Under the pieces are notes generated by a model. The model worked only from the letters and a program-made list of their open reading frames with translations, ran no database searches and had not been told where the DNA came from. Below are positions 27,601 to 39,738 of a DNA stretch of 64,000 bases, piece by piece (within the stretch, counting starts at the first letter, position 1; each line of letters opens with the position of its first letter). The stretch is from Haliotis rubra. Taxonomy: Eukaryota. The translations under genes were made by a program, and so were the position numbers. The DNA lies in NCBI RefSeq assembly GCF_003918875.1, contig NW_025766936.1, positions 1,054,001 through 1,118,000 of the forward strand, in the 5' to 3' direction.

Positions 27601-27800
27601 AAAGACACACCAAATTATACGTATACCATTCTCAGAAATTGTCATCTATATAACATAACAATACATTTCATGGTCCAGCTGCTGTCATTATTAAATGCAA
27701 TCAAATAACCTGTGCAGGAGATGAGAACTCTGACTAATGTTTGTAAACAAACAAATTGAAAAGAATAGTTAGCTCAGGAAACTTACAAAAGGAAGCTCAT
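15602..27800 (-). CDS. MOB1: MOB kinase activator 1 (Hippo pathway; MOB1/mats), 4 coding exons
   Basis: Exons 27787-27800 (ATGAGCTTCCTTTT|gtaagt), 23125-23292, 21190-21417, 15602-15843. Protein [50 protein letters not shown]([11 protein letters not shown])[18 protein letters not shown]...[33 protein letters not shown] is nearly identical to animal MOB1. Exon 2 has one extra G in the run at 23155-23160. Confidence 0.95.
16479..17560 (-). pseudogene. DIRS tyrosine recombinase (frameshifted)
   Basis: [27 protein letters not shown] (catalytic Arg box), [17 protein letters not shown] (HxxR position reads HEIK), [10 protein letters not shown] (catalytic Tyr). Split across ORFs 16479-16856 and 16858-17292. 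Confidence 0.9.
17564..18840 (-). pseudogene. DIRS pol remnant: C-terminal RT, RNase H and phage-like DNA N6-adenine methyltransferase domain
   Basis: PYIDDCL (RT YxDD, about 18760-18782), [22 protein letters not shown]; RNase [29 protein letters not shown]; methyltransferase-like IDLFATRFN...YAFPP...[13 protein letters not shown]. Frameshift near 18520; RT N-terminus missing. Confidence 0.9.
19200..19946 (-). pseudogene. DIRS gag-like ORF1 remnant
   Basis: N-terminal Cys/His finger [20 protein letters not shown]...[10 protein letters not shown] followed by basic and Ser/Arg-rich stretches, interrupted by stops. Confidence 0.7.
20777..21020 (-). mobile_element. SINE-like interspersed repeat, family B ((TCAC)n tail)
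   Basis: Core GTCTGTAAATAATCGAGTCTGGACCAGACAATCCAGTGATCAACAGCATG recurs at about 46730-46965, 58670-58885 and 40690-40800, and in the opposite orientation at about 6545-6630 and 38260-38345. Confidence 0.75.
22195..23098 (+). mobile_element. 5'-truncated, decayed non-LTR retrotransposon (LINE) 3' end in MOB1 intron 2
   Basis: Broken frames give [38 protein letters not shown] and ERVCPFC...EFHF..ACPFY (CCHC finger typical of LINE ORF2 C-termini); ends at AATAAA near 23086. Confidence 0.8.
24471..25759 (-). mobile_element. Tc1-family DNA transposon in MOB1 intron 1
   Basis: About 30-bp imperfect TIRs CAGTACAACCAGAAATTATTGAGAATTTA / TAAAATTCTCAATAATTTCTGGTCATACTA, flanked by TA at 24469-24470 and 25760-25761. 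Confidence 0.93.
24588..25577 (-). CDS. Tc1-type DD34E transposase (open ORF; first ATG at about 25565)
   Basis: GRPRKL linker, [10 protein letters not shown] (D1), FQQDIDPKH (D2), [15 protein letters not shown] (E, with 34 residues between D2 and E), C-terminal GDLTKY. Confidence 0.92.
   Translation of the reverse strand: MILSMDDLEKRKLILEYYNKDIRSAKVISTVYRVLKNIANGYGIEHQGGAGRPRKLTVSDRSWLGILVSKNKRRSLENLRLDMIDRGTVAVCKETIRTELHAMGWQKSRGIPLPIMKPEQKERRLNWCLQHRNFNWDNVIFSDESSVWLFPNTLKFWTKQTEKPLYQHPQYSSKFNVWGGISVLGATPLCVFEGNMNSERYIDNLEGHLLPSAQMPPKSAHVFYGNVLIFQQDIDPKHRSKHSQAWFRTQNMTLLDWPSYSPDLNPIENVWGLMKKSVNKKNLTNIAEMKEEVVRYWDSMDHNFLTTLISSMPRHIEACIAAHGDLTKY
26030..26493. repeat. Direct duplication of about 210 bp with a partial third copy, rich in TGACGTCA
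   Basis: About 26030-26240 matches about 26284-26493; an approximately 45-bp partial copy lies between them. Confidence 0.85.
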
Positions 27801-27939
27801 CTTCGGATGCCACACAAAAGATTCCTTGAAGGGTAAATTAGCTGTATTCTTGGCCCTTCAAAACTATAAGTAAATTCAATACTTCTACATAAGTAAAGCA
27901 GATGATTGTTGATTTTGATGGCTATCCCTCGACTAACAA

Positions 27940-28175
27940 TGTCACCAATATGGCGATCGAATGTTTATGCCCTAACCGGAAGGAAGTTTAGCGTCCATAA
28001 ACGTTAACAATACAAAAATAGATGATTTTTCGTATTGATGCTTATTACAAATCTATCTTAACAAAACTGTAACCTTTTCTGAATAAAATAGAAAATAAAA
28101 TAAAATGAAAATGTAATGCAGTTCGGTCATTTCCGGCAAGCACATGCTGGAGAACGCGGCGTAGCCATTTTGGAA
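27940..28175. promoter_or_regulatory. Putative bidirectional promoter shared by MOB1 (-) and hnRNP F/H (+)
   Basis: MOB1 ATG at 27800 and the probable hnRNP 5'UTR exon (donor TCG|GTATGT at about 28225) diverge. ETS-like CCGGAAG at about 27976 and TTCCGG at about 28131; YY1-like CGCCATATT (-) at about 27948 and GCCATTTT (+) at about 28164. Confidence 0.6.
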
Positions 28176-28773
28176 AGTTCGACATTTTCAGCAGAAAGAA
28201 GCAAGACTTAAATATCATATTGTCGGTATGTCAGCTTGTATCCAGTGCATTCATACGCAAAATGCGATAGATTACATTCCATGATGTATATCTATTTTGT
28301 AGTAATTTACGTGAGCTGAAGGCTTTGGTACAGCTACAATTTTGCGATTTGCGCGTAAACGTGACAAAGAGTTGCAAGATTCGTGCCTGCTCGTGGCCAT
28401 TTTAAATGATTCCTTTATGATTGCTCCATGGTGATAGGCATCAGGTTTTATGCACACTGACTTTGTGTTTGCTGGATGGATTTTTTATTCTTTATTTAGA
28501 TATATTCATTATCTGTTTGTTTAAAATCGATAGAAACAAAGCTACAGTTAGTTGCTTGTGCTGCAACTCAACAATAGGATCTCTACAAACTGGGTAATCC
28601 TACATTGTTTCTGCTTTCGTTATGTGTTTCAGAGACATAACCTTCTTTTATATTGCCTTTGCCTGGTTGTTGTGTGAACAATCACCTATGTTCAACTACA
28701 GATTTAACTATGTCTTTTGTGTTGTGGCCATAATTGCACGAGTTATTAACAGTGATATTTTGTTCTCAAAGGC

Positions 28774-31700
28774 ATGGGTTCTCACGAGGATGACGGCTTC
28801 GTTGTAAGACTGCGAGGTTTGCCATGGGCAGCTACACCTGAAGAAGTTGTCCGATTTTTTGCAGGTTTGTAATGTAAACGTTGGTCTTCAGAGCTGGCTA
28901 AATATTTGTTTCAGTAGGATTTTTTTTGTCTTGCTAGTGCTGACTGTCTACCCAAATAATATAAATTTTATCATTCCAGCCTGAAATAGTTGCTCATGCT
29001 CTGGTAACTAGTTGCCTGTTTCATCCATTATACCACTTTTACTGATTGTTGATATAACTTGTAACTAGTCTTGTTAATTACTGAATTTCAGAAAATATTC
29101 AGAGACTTTCAGACCAGAGTGAAATACTGTTAGTGTAACTTAAAATTAAACTATTTTGAGGTCAGATAAAATCCTTAACCAACTCCTGTTAGTGTTGTCA
29201 TTGAAAGGTTTTGTTCTTAATATTATGAACTATACACATTTTGTTTTGTAGGGGAAGAAAACCCAGATGTTAAAGTTGGTAAGTAAAGAAAAAGGATCCA
29301 ACATTTTCATCAGGAAAAAAGTTTGTCAGGTTTCCATTGATTGATGATAGTTAAATGTTTTGAGGTGAGAGAAAATGAATAGACTTGTTTTGCCAGTTCA
29401 AAATTTTGAGCAAAATCGGTCCTCCAAGCATATTTCTGCTCATGGCTGCCACTGACTCCCCATCAGTAATGTTTTAGATGCCATATAAAAGTAAAGATCC
29501 TGAAGGAAATTTAGGAGGTCATTTGAATATGCATGAAACAGAATTGTAATTTTGAAACTTCATTCCAACTGGGAGATATGTTGTCCATAACTACCTGTAG
29601 ATTAGTACCATATCTATGTTGAATGTCTTCACACACTTCTTTGGGCAGGGTGTAGTGACGCAAGTTACTGTCATGGTCATTCAATATATGTTGTGACATT
29701 TTCAGTATTTGGGGCAGAAATCACAAAGTTTTAGCCACTTCAAATGGGGTGAGGAAGGATTTGTAGCTGCGTGTACATGTAACGGGGAAAATGTGTATAA
29801 ATTAGGATATGACTGTTTTCCTCAACAATAACTTTGTTTTTCCTTCAATTGAAGATCCGGAAAGCTGTGGAATACGCAACGTCCACTTCACATTTTCCCG
29901 TGAAGGACGTCCCAGTGGAGAGGCATTTGTAGAGTTCATGAATGATGACGATGTAGAGCAGGCTGTCAAGAAGAACAATGAACACATGGGACAGAGATAT
30001 ATTGAAGGTGAGATAAGGGTACACATACAGGTAACCACCATTGTATAGCTTTCTCACAGTTTTTTTGTCATAGAAATTTATCACTTGCTGTAGTATTTGA
30101 ATCTCCGGTCCCTAAAAGTTACATTACATACATGAACATGACAGTTATGACGAGACGTTTTGGAGAGAATTCCTAACTTAGAACACTGATACCTTATGGT
30201 ATGAATCTGTAGTGTATGGGAAGTATCACCTCAGCATTTGTTTTCAGTATTTCGGTCTAAGAAGAGTGAGATGGACTGGGTGATCAAACGGGCAGGGCCC
30301 AACCAGCAGGCACCCACCGAGGCAGTTGTCAGGCTACGAGGGCTCCCATTTGGCTGCTCCAAAGAAGAAATTGCTCAATTTTTCACAGGTATGTCTCTTA
30401 CTGTCATATACATTGCATTCAAATTTCTGTAAAGTGAATAAATAAACTTTGCAATTGTTAAAAAGTATTTTGTTAAAAAATATGAAGCTAATTTTGTAAA
30501 GTGTTTTAACCGAAGATGAAATGGGATTATGGTAAACACGTAATTGTCTGCTTGTGTAATATACAACTATGTATGTTAAATGGTGATAAGATCGATTCAG
30601 CGATGGAAAGCACTAAAATGAAGGGTAGTATTTCTTGATTGAGATGGATAATGAGGATCCATGAATAATACCATTACAACTCAGTTCATGGACAATGGAT
30701 TGAAGAATGAACAAACATGTAGTGCGAACTGTTAAGGATTGTGAAGGAATGGTTTTAAGAAATGATCTTTTGGTAATGGTTTTCTACGAGACTGTTTGGA
30801 AAGTACTGGCAATTGTTGTCTTTTGACTACCATGTCAGATGCATTGTTTGGGCTTGTTTGTTTGTGACTGCCTTCATTAGTCAGTGTTTCAACTGAACTT
30901 GTGATGTCCTGGCACTGCCGGCTGCTGACAAGATTCAAGGGATGTAATTGTAAACAACACATCAAACACCATTGAGGACAAGCTGCTTTGTAAACAATTG
31001 TCCTTTCTTAAATCGATCTTATCACAACAATACTAGAAGTTATTGTCATAAATGGTATCAGATTATGGATAACAAAAATTAAAATCTGTTGTAGGTATTG
31101 TCAGCCTTTTATCTCATTGGATTTGACAGACATGATGCATTTGACAATAATTCAGCACTTCAAAGAACATAACAAATTTTTGGTTTCAGCCTTGAGAAAA
31201 TTGTAATGAAGAAAAATGTTTTTGGTTATATAATTTAAAAAATCACACATTTGCATTAAATAAGTATATGAGAATCCAGATATGAAACATACTTCTGGCC
31301 AGTGACATTTTTGACAAATTGCATAAAGTTGATTGAAACTTTTGAAACCACTTCCAAATGGCTGGGTATCCTATTACTGAACATGACAAACGTTAAGCAG
31401 CAAAACAGTTTGACAAATGAAAGATAATTTTTCTCTCAGTACTCTCTGACTGGAGATATTTTGATTGGTGCTGCCAAATTAAAGTAACAGGTGCATACTG
31501 CGGACAGTTTACACACAACTACATACATGCTACTCTGATGACTACTTCATGTTCTATGTTGCACTACCATCGGACTGAGATTGCTATGCTCTGTTTTTGT
31601 TGGGTGGGTCTGTAGGGTTGGAGATTGTACCCAATGGGATAATGCTACCTGAGGATCGACAGGGGCGCAGCACGGGGGAGGCGTATGTCCAGTTTGCATC

Positions 31701-34380
31701 CCAAGACATAGCAGAAAAAGCCCTGGGTAAACACAAGGAAAGGATAGGGCACAGGTGGGAGGCTGGGCTGATGACAGCAGCGGGAGGGACAGTCGCGTTC
31801 CACCGTCTGCAACATCGCTAACTTTACTTCTTTCTCTTGGATGCTACTGGGCAGAGTGGGTATGGATGGTTGGGGTCCCATTGGGCCGGGTGGATGGTGG
31901 ATACAAGGAATCTTCTGTTGATGTTTGGAGTGATGGCAATAAATTTTAGACACTTGTGTTACTGTAGCCATTTGTAACTATTACCATTCTGTGTGATTGA
32001 TGTGTCCTTGTGTGATGTTTCTGATATATTAGGTTTGTCATGTAAAAGTACATGGAGAATAGTAAATACTGAAACTTCAATATATGTACTGATGAGAGAA
32101 GGGTTGAGTGGTGAGAAAGTTGTGTGAATGTTTTCAGTCTCTTTATTATAATGTGTAATGGATTCTTATTGAAATCCAGTGGTAAACAATTGATTATCCT
32201 TTGATAGTTGTGTAACGTGAAATTAAGCAATGACATCTATGTGATTAAACTGAATGTGCTAAGCTATGTGTTACAGCAAGGAACGCATTTGTTATTGTAA
32301 TAGATCATGTAACCAAGGTTATTGATTCTAATTGGGGAAAGCCATTGAAAGGAATCAGAACAAGAAGTCCCTGTTTAATATACAATTGCTAATTCTGTTA
32401 CGATGCTAGGATGTACATATATATTTTGTCCACAACTGCAGCATGTTGATTGGCACCTTTCAGGTACATAGAGATCTTCAAAAGCAGCATGGGTGAGGCC
32501 TACAACGCCATGGGCCAGCAACGGATGAGGCCTATGATGGGAGGGTCCATGGGACGCCCAGGGCCCTATGATCGCAATGACCGCTTTGGCGGCATGGGCA
32601 TGGGTAACATGGGAGGAGGTGGTGGAGGCGGCGGTGGTGGTGGCGGCGGCGGCGTCGGCGGAGGTATGGGAATGGGAGGATATGGCCGTGGACGAGGTGG
32701 CAGAAATGTTAAAGGTAAATAAGTCTGACGTATTTTCTGTTGCTGTAGTAATGGCATTATCTTAGTAAACAAAAGCTCAAAACTTTCACATTTGGGTGTG
32801 TATTTCTTATTATCATTGTTTGGTATTTCTTTTCCTTTTTTCAGGTTACTTTGAAGATGACTTTGATGATTACAGTGGAGGATATGGTGGTGGAATGGGA
32901 TTTGGGGGTGGAAACCGTCGAGGGGGTGGCGGTGGAGGAGGTGGTGGTGTCGGCGGCGGTGGCGGCATGAGGGGCAATAATCAGCGGGGCCGGATGAATA
33001 TGGACAGACCCCGTGGAGCCACTCCTGGCAGTCATTACATTAGTGACACTGGACATTCTGTACACATGCGAGGCCTTCCGTTCCAGGCCATTGAACAGGA
33101 TGTATATGATGTGAGTTCATAGAATACTTCACTGTACCAGTCACAAGCTTGGAACATCTTTTTTAGTTCTTTATTAGCACATGCAGTTCATGGAATTGTC
33201 TTCCATAAAATGTACAATGCTTTGCTTTGGCATAAAATGTAAAGCGATTATTTTGGATTTCAGTTCTTCAGCCCAATCCGCCCTGTGAAGGTTGAATTTG
33301 AATATGCCCCAAATGGTCGACCAACTGGTGAAGCAAATGTTGACTTTGCCTCTCATCAAGAAGCTGTTGAGGCTATGAAGAAACACAAGTCAAATATGCG
33401 TATGTATTAATTGGGTAGATGAAGGTTGTTGGAATAATACTGTCCTTTTGTTTAGGATAAATTAAGGTGTGAATTGGAACTTTACAAGTAATAACATTGC
33501 AGTGTTTTGGAAAGATACATGAACATTTGAACTATAAGTTGTAAACCAGTGGTAAAGGAGTATCTAGGATGTAAGACTCTGAAGTGTTGACATATAATTT
33601 CATGAAAGGTCTGAAACCAATAATCAGAAAACTGAAGTGTTAATGAATTTGTGTCATTTACTGTTACTTATAATGATGCATCCTTTTGTTACAGAGCACC
33701 GCTACATTGAACTGTTCCTGAACTCAGCTCCAGCTGAACGTGGGGGCGGTGGAGGAGGATTTGGCTCTGGGCAGATGGGTGGGAGTGGTTTTGGTGGAGG
33801 TGGCAACATGGGCAGTGGCTTTGGCAACTCCGGAGGTTATGGTGGGGGTGGTGGTAACTATGGAAACAATGGCAACAACTTTGGAGGAGGAGGAGGAGGC
33901 GGCGGTGGTTATCAAGGTAAGTCATACAAAGGTTCTTTAGTATGAATGACACAACAATAGAGATTCTGTTGGGTCCTATAATAAGGGGCAGTTTTTAGGA
34001 GCAGTCTCGCGTTACTGACAAATAATTGAGACAATAGGTTGTTTCAGTACAGACAACCTTTATGGATAACTACTACTTTTATTTCGTGTATGTGACGTTT
34101 CGGTACAGTCTTGTACCATTGTTCTAGCTTAATGTCATCTATACACTCTAAATTGCAACTCTAAGAAGGTTGTGTCAGGTTTGCCATGCTTAGATGATCC
34201 TCAAACTAAACACTAAATATTTACTGTGATTTACTCTTCCTCATTTTTGTTACAGGAAACATGAATAGTTACATGGGAGGTGGTGGAGGCGGCGGCGGTG
34301 GTGGTGGCGGCTATGGCAACAATATGGGTGGCATGAACAACAATGTAATGGGAGGAAATCCAAACTACACAGCATTCTGA
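28774..34380 (+). CDS. hnRNP F/H family protein (three qRRMs, Gly-rich linker and tail; glorund/HNRNPH-like)
   Basis: Exons 28774-28864, [29252-29278 candidate microexon], 29855-30007, 30248-30388, 31616-31754, 32464-32714, 32845-33110, 33264-33399, 33695-33916, 34256-34380, all phase-compatible. Motifs [96 protein letters not shown]. Confidence 0.95.
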
Positions 34381-35670
34381 AGTGAACGGCTGCTTATTGT
34401 GGAAAGTTTTATTTGTGACATGGACACAACATTAGCATAAACACTGCGAGCAGATATACAACACTTGACTGTCAAGTAATAGATGCGTTGCCTCTGATCA
34501 TTGATCCAGCTTCTCCCCCAGGCGTCAGTCAATGCTTATTCCATGTGTCAGTGGGAAGAATGACGGGAACATTGTCTTCACTTACGTGTTTGTCATGACA
34601 TCACCTTTTCTACAGTATACTTTTATGGGACACTTCCATGGCTTCAAATGGTGTTGCAGCCCTGTAACTGACTGGATTGACATCGTTTCATACGTGGTTT
34701 ACTTTTATGTGTACATAATATCAGGAACCTTTCTTAAATTGTAAGGGATATGAAACGTTTTAGGCCAGTCTGACAACTTGTATGATCATGTGTTGGAAAT
34801 TATATTGATGGAATTCTAAGTGTTTTATCTACTTAAAGTATTGCTGCACACATTGTGTTGTGTATGATCTTGTATTAAGGACTCAGCCTTGAACTAATCG
34901 CATCAGTGTATATTGACCATGTTGCATCACTTGCTGTACATCAGATAAACTGTATCTCAGTAAACACCTCTCTTTATGTAACCGTTTTTGTTGTTGTCTG
35001 TTACGGGGCCACCTCTTTTGTTATACAGTGGATAGAAAATCTGTTTGGAGAGCAGGCTTCTCTCGGCCATGGCATACCAGAAGCTAACAAAATATGGTCC
35101 TTGATGTTACAGTGTCAGGTGTTTGGCATTAGGAATATGTATAATGTGTCTGAGTGGCATATCCAAGTCCAACTTTGGCCTGGCATCCATAGCATTGCTC
35201 TCTAACTGGTGCAAATTGAATCAGTTAATGCATCCGCACACTAGGCATGAAGCTATTTTGGTCAACTGTGGTGTCTGTTGACAACAAATTGTATGTATTG
35301 TATCAAACAAATGCTGATGGTCTACTGGTTTCAGTAGTGCTGTTTTCATTATAATAATATGTAAATTATTAAATATCTTAGTTTTAAATATTTTGCCCAT
35401 ATGAATTGCTCAAAATATTCCCAAACATGTATTTTCTGCAAATATTCTTGGGAGATACACACAGAGAGACAAGAGTCTAGTGGCATTAACTTCATTTGGA
35501 ACAAAAAATGTAACGTATGTTATGGATTTACAACTTCTTTACAATTTACAACACAATGCTTCTGGGCTACTTCTTGCCCCTTCATCAGGTGAATGACAAT
35601 ATGAATATGAGCAAAGTATATAGAATGAACAGGAAGCCAGAGAGATAATATTACTGATTGAAATGTACAG

Positions 35671-36026
35671 GTGAGGTGAGGTGAAATTGGGTTTAACATC
35701 GTGCTTGAGAATATTTCACTCACATGACGACGTGCATGCGTGTGTATGGGTATGTGCGGCTGCTTGTACTAGCCCAGACTGAAGCTGGTTTTATAGTGCT
35801 AGCCCACTGAGATACCATGCTGCAGTGAAGCATGAATACCCCACTCAGACACATTATACTGACTCCAAGCCGACCAGTCCTTGCTGTACCCATTAATGCC
35901 GAGCGCCAGGCAGGGACCAACAAGTACCATATTTTAACGTCTTTTGGTATGACGGGGTCGGGGATCGAACCCGCGACCTTCCGCTCTCCGGGCGGACGCT
36001 CTAACCACTTCACCTCGGAGGCGGTC
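35671..36026 (-). mobile_element. tRNA-derived SINE, family A, second full copy
   Basis: Closely matches 8459-8814; 12-bp TSD TGAAATGTACAG at 35659-35670 and 36027-36038. Confidence 0.87.
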
Positions 36027-36814
36027 TGAAATGTACAGAGATCAAGCAGATAAAGTGATTGTGTTTTGATTGAGATGCCAAGAAACGTGTTGTAAATATG
36101 GAAGTTGAAATTCCATACCATATGCTGTTATGTTACCTTCTAACTTTTAAATGCCCATCAAGCATCTGAACAAAAAATATCATTTGAATTAAAGAAGTTA
36201 ATGCAATTCAAACTATACAGGGTACAAAGCATGGAAATGCTAGTTGCAGTATTATTGTGTAGGATGTATTTTTCCCCCATCATGTGCTTTTCTTGTATTG
36301 TTGCTAAACCGGCTTAAAACCATACTCACTCTGGAAATCCTGGATCTGTGGTCATATATTTGGGTCAGAGAAATTAAGTTTGTGTGGTGGTGGCTATTTT
36401 TTCCAGTTAGACTAGATAACTTATAGACTGCTTTCCTATCTGGACCATGCAATCCAGAGCATTGATCTGTGCAATTGCTGCATGAACCAAGTCAGCTTGC
36501 CTGATGATACAATCGTGTTGGATGCCTCTTACAGCAAGCATTCAAACAAATGGACTTAAGTTAAAGCTATGTGTCACTCAGAAATACAATTCGGGTTTTA
36601 CCGAATAGATCTCATATTGACCAATCTATTGTTCAAATAAGCCATTTTTAGGTCTTGCCAGCAAAGCACATATGAACTCATGAAGTTCATCCATATGCCA
36701 CCTATCCCCTGACTAAACAAATAGTAGACTGTGGTAGCTCATGCCCAGCTGTGAAAAGGATGATTGTTTTTGTAATCTGATCCTGAGGTATATTGACAGG
36801 GATGGCTTCACCTG

Positions 36815-37987
36815 GGCCCACTTGCACAGAACGATCTTAACGCTACAATTATTGTAAATCCTTAAGATCACGATCTTAGGCTTCGGCTACAATTGCCATC
36901 CACTTGCAATTGTAGGCATCCACTTGCACAAAGCGATTGTAAGGAGCTAAGATCATTGTAGTCTGTGACAAAAGGGCCTTCACGATAGTGTCTGTTACAC
37001 GCAAATAATCAGCTTTATGTTTGGAGACTGCTTTTATATTGCATAAAACTCTGTGGTTCGCCTCGACACTTCAACAACACAGAGAATGCACAACCGAGTT
37101 AACGTCGGATACATTGTTTTTAACTGTAGTGAACCTCAGAACTTTTGAGTCGATATCACAAAGTACTATTCAGTGTTGGAAAAGGGTGAAACAACATACC
37201 TTTTTGATAATCAAGGAAAGGATACTAGCGAATGGTGTCCGCGTGCGATCAACAATGGCCGTGACCTTTTCTTTAACTCAAGAGCAGATAATTTTAGTTA
37301 ATACGCAAGATGGGAGTGGTTTCCCTTGGCATATGCTGTTGCCGTTGTCTGTAATGCACAATCTCAGAGCTCTTGAAACATATATTTCTTTTCGGTCATG
37401 GAGTTATTTTGTCTTAGTTGTCCCCCGCCGCAACGCGGAACGGGGGACTATGTATTCAGCGGCGTCCGTCCGTCCCGATTCTTTTTAACGTGATATTTCA
37501 TGAACTGTTGTACCCACTGTCTTCAAATTTGGTGACAATCTACATTGGGAGATTATGCAGACACCAGTCGGTTTGGGTGACCTTGACCTTATTTTCAAGG
37601 TCACCTCAACACTTTGACCACTTTCAAACTCTTGTTAACGCGATATCTCATGAAATGTTGTACCCAATGTCTTCAAATTTCGTGACAGCCTACATTGGGG
37701 GATTACGCAGACACCAGTTGATTTGGGTGACCTTGACCTTATCTTCAAGGTCACCATGACACTTTGCACGCTTTTAACTCTTGTTAACGTTATATTTCAT
37801 TGACTGTTGTACCCAATGTCTTCAAATTTGGCGACAGCCTACATTGGCGGATTTCACAGACATCAGTTTATTTAGGTCACCTTGACCTTATTTTCAAAGG
37901 TATGATTAAAACTTGTTCGCATGGTGATTGTAAAGTTGATTGTAGGAGCCAAAGATTGTAACTAAGATTGCTCTGTGCAAGTGGGCC
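36815..37987. mobile_element. Non-autonomous PIF/Harbinger-like DNA transposon with a nested repeat element
   Basis: TIRs GGCCCACTTGCACAG / CTGTGCAAGTGGGCC with 3-bp TSD CTG. Internal 37415-37900 segment has a (GTCC)n microsatellite and about 3 tandem units of roughly 150 bp containing TGACCTTGACCT. Confidence 0.8.
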
Positions 37988-38794
37988 CTGGTATATATAA
38001 TTTATAAACAGATGTGTAATATAGCTGCCGGTAGCATTAAACAAGGCTCTATGGATTATGAAACTTCAGTTTGATGCTTATGTGCACAACTGAGTGTGCA
38101 GAGTTGCTTCCCTTAGTTACTAGTTCCCTGTGGTTGTCTCTTTAACACTTTACCCTAATATTTGGTATGTTGTATGCTAACTGCCGTGTTGAAGACCAGC
38201 TTAGCTTTCTTCCCACATCATGCGAACAAGTTTTAATCATACCTTTTCACACCAATGTTGGTAGACTGATGCTCATGTCAATTCACTGGATTGTTTAGTT
38301 GAGATGTGTATTTACAGATGCTCATTGAAGAGCTGGAATATTGCTCCCTGAAAGCATTTGTGTGAACAATATCTGCATATGGAAGAAAATTTAAATTTGC
38401 ACATTCAGGCAGGTTTCCAGTCATAAGACAACCCAATAGTTTCTCCCCGTCATCACCCCATTTTAGTGTTCAGTATGTGTGATACCAAGAATTTTGTTCA
38501 CACTTGTGTCAACTTGAATATAGCCAGTCATCTGAAAGCTGTTAGTTTCATATATTGGCGCTTTCCACAACTTTAATCAAAGATGCCAACCCAAAAGTGT
38601 TGCAAATAGTAGATTCAAGGATCAAAAATAGTAGTTTGACCATAAAAATTAGTAAGCAACCAAATACTTACAATCATGATGGATTTTGAGAAAAATATGA
38701 CACTAATCAAGAGTGAAGCTTTAATTTCACATACCTCCAACAGAAGATTTCCAAATTATCAGCGTGTTACAATTCTTCTTGTCTCGTTTTAGCA

Positions 38795-38954
38795 GGGCTG
38801 TGTGGTAGCCTAGTGGTTAAAGCGTTCGGTTGTCACGCCGAAGACCCAGTTCAATTCCCCACATGGGTACAATGTGTGAAGCCCCTTTCTGGTGTCACCC
38901 GCCGTGATGTTGCTGTAATATTGCTAAAAGTGGCGTAAAACTAAACTCACTCAC
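38795..38954 (+). mobile_element. Short tRNA-derived SINE, family C ((ACTC)n tail)
   Basis: A box TAGCCTAGTGG, B-box-like GTTCAATTC; TSD-like CTCGTTTT(A/G)GCA; other copies at 40816-40985, 56138-56210 (-, head only) and 61710-61790 (3' part). Confidence 0.85.
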
Positions 38955-39738
38955 TCGTTTTGGCAAAAATGTATTTTATCATTGCGGGGGATATTGATGA
39001 CTTTGTCTTGTTTATGATAACTCTGCAATCTGTGAGGCAGTAGTGCTTCGTATATTCAAAAATGCCTACAACACAATACAACAAACACTTATTTTTGGAT
39101 AACAATTTTATTATAGATAGGTATGTATCACAGTAGATAGATGAAAAGTATTCTTTTTTAAATCTGTGGTGTCTGAAAATGGTAACATTGGAATACTCTC
39201 TCAAGAGAAAAAAACCCTCTCTACTTGAATACAGTGTGTTTCACATCTAGAATCATGATAAGGGTTCAATATCGAAGGAGGAAGAAAAATCCCATAAATG
39301 TTAACTTGCTATGATCAGGTGCTCCCAACAGTAGCACTGCATACACAAGGTCCTCTGTCTACAGGATGAGCATCTTTCTGGGCGTTAACCCTTCTACCAA
39401 ACACCCTGAACCTTCCTCCATGCTTTCTGTCGCACATTCAGGTTCTGCATCACGAAGCATGAAGGAATATCACTCAATCACTAGTGTTCGCATGGACTGG
39501 CAGAGCTGTGATTATCACACCCTGACAAACCACTACATTGTTTAGCTACCTAAAGTTCATACCAATTGAAAAAGGTGAGATCAATAAGTAACAAGTGAAA
39601 GGTGTGCAGCGAAGTCAAGAGAGTCAAATATCCAGGTCATTTCACCATGTTCCATACCCGTGCTGACACCAAGGAAAGGGCACGTGGTGGAGTACCCTCT
39701 GAGGGGGTGATGCCGAAACAAGATGGAGAAGCAGCCCT

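Noticed and set aside
31535-31580. C/D-box snoRNA (TGATGA...CTGA) in an hnRNP F/H intron
   Set aside because: Only about 45 nt between boxes, no convincing terminal stem, and too close to the acceptor; cannot be supported without a covariance-model search.
32566-33952. Antisense Pro/Thr/Ser-rich ORFs
   Set aside because: Shadows of the GGN glycine codon runs in hnRNP F/H exons.
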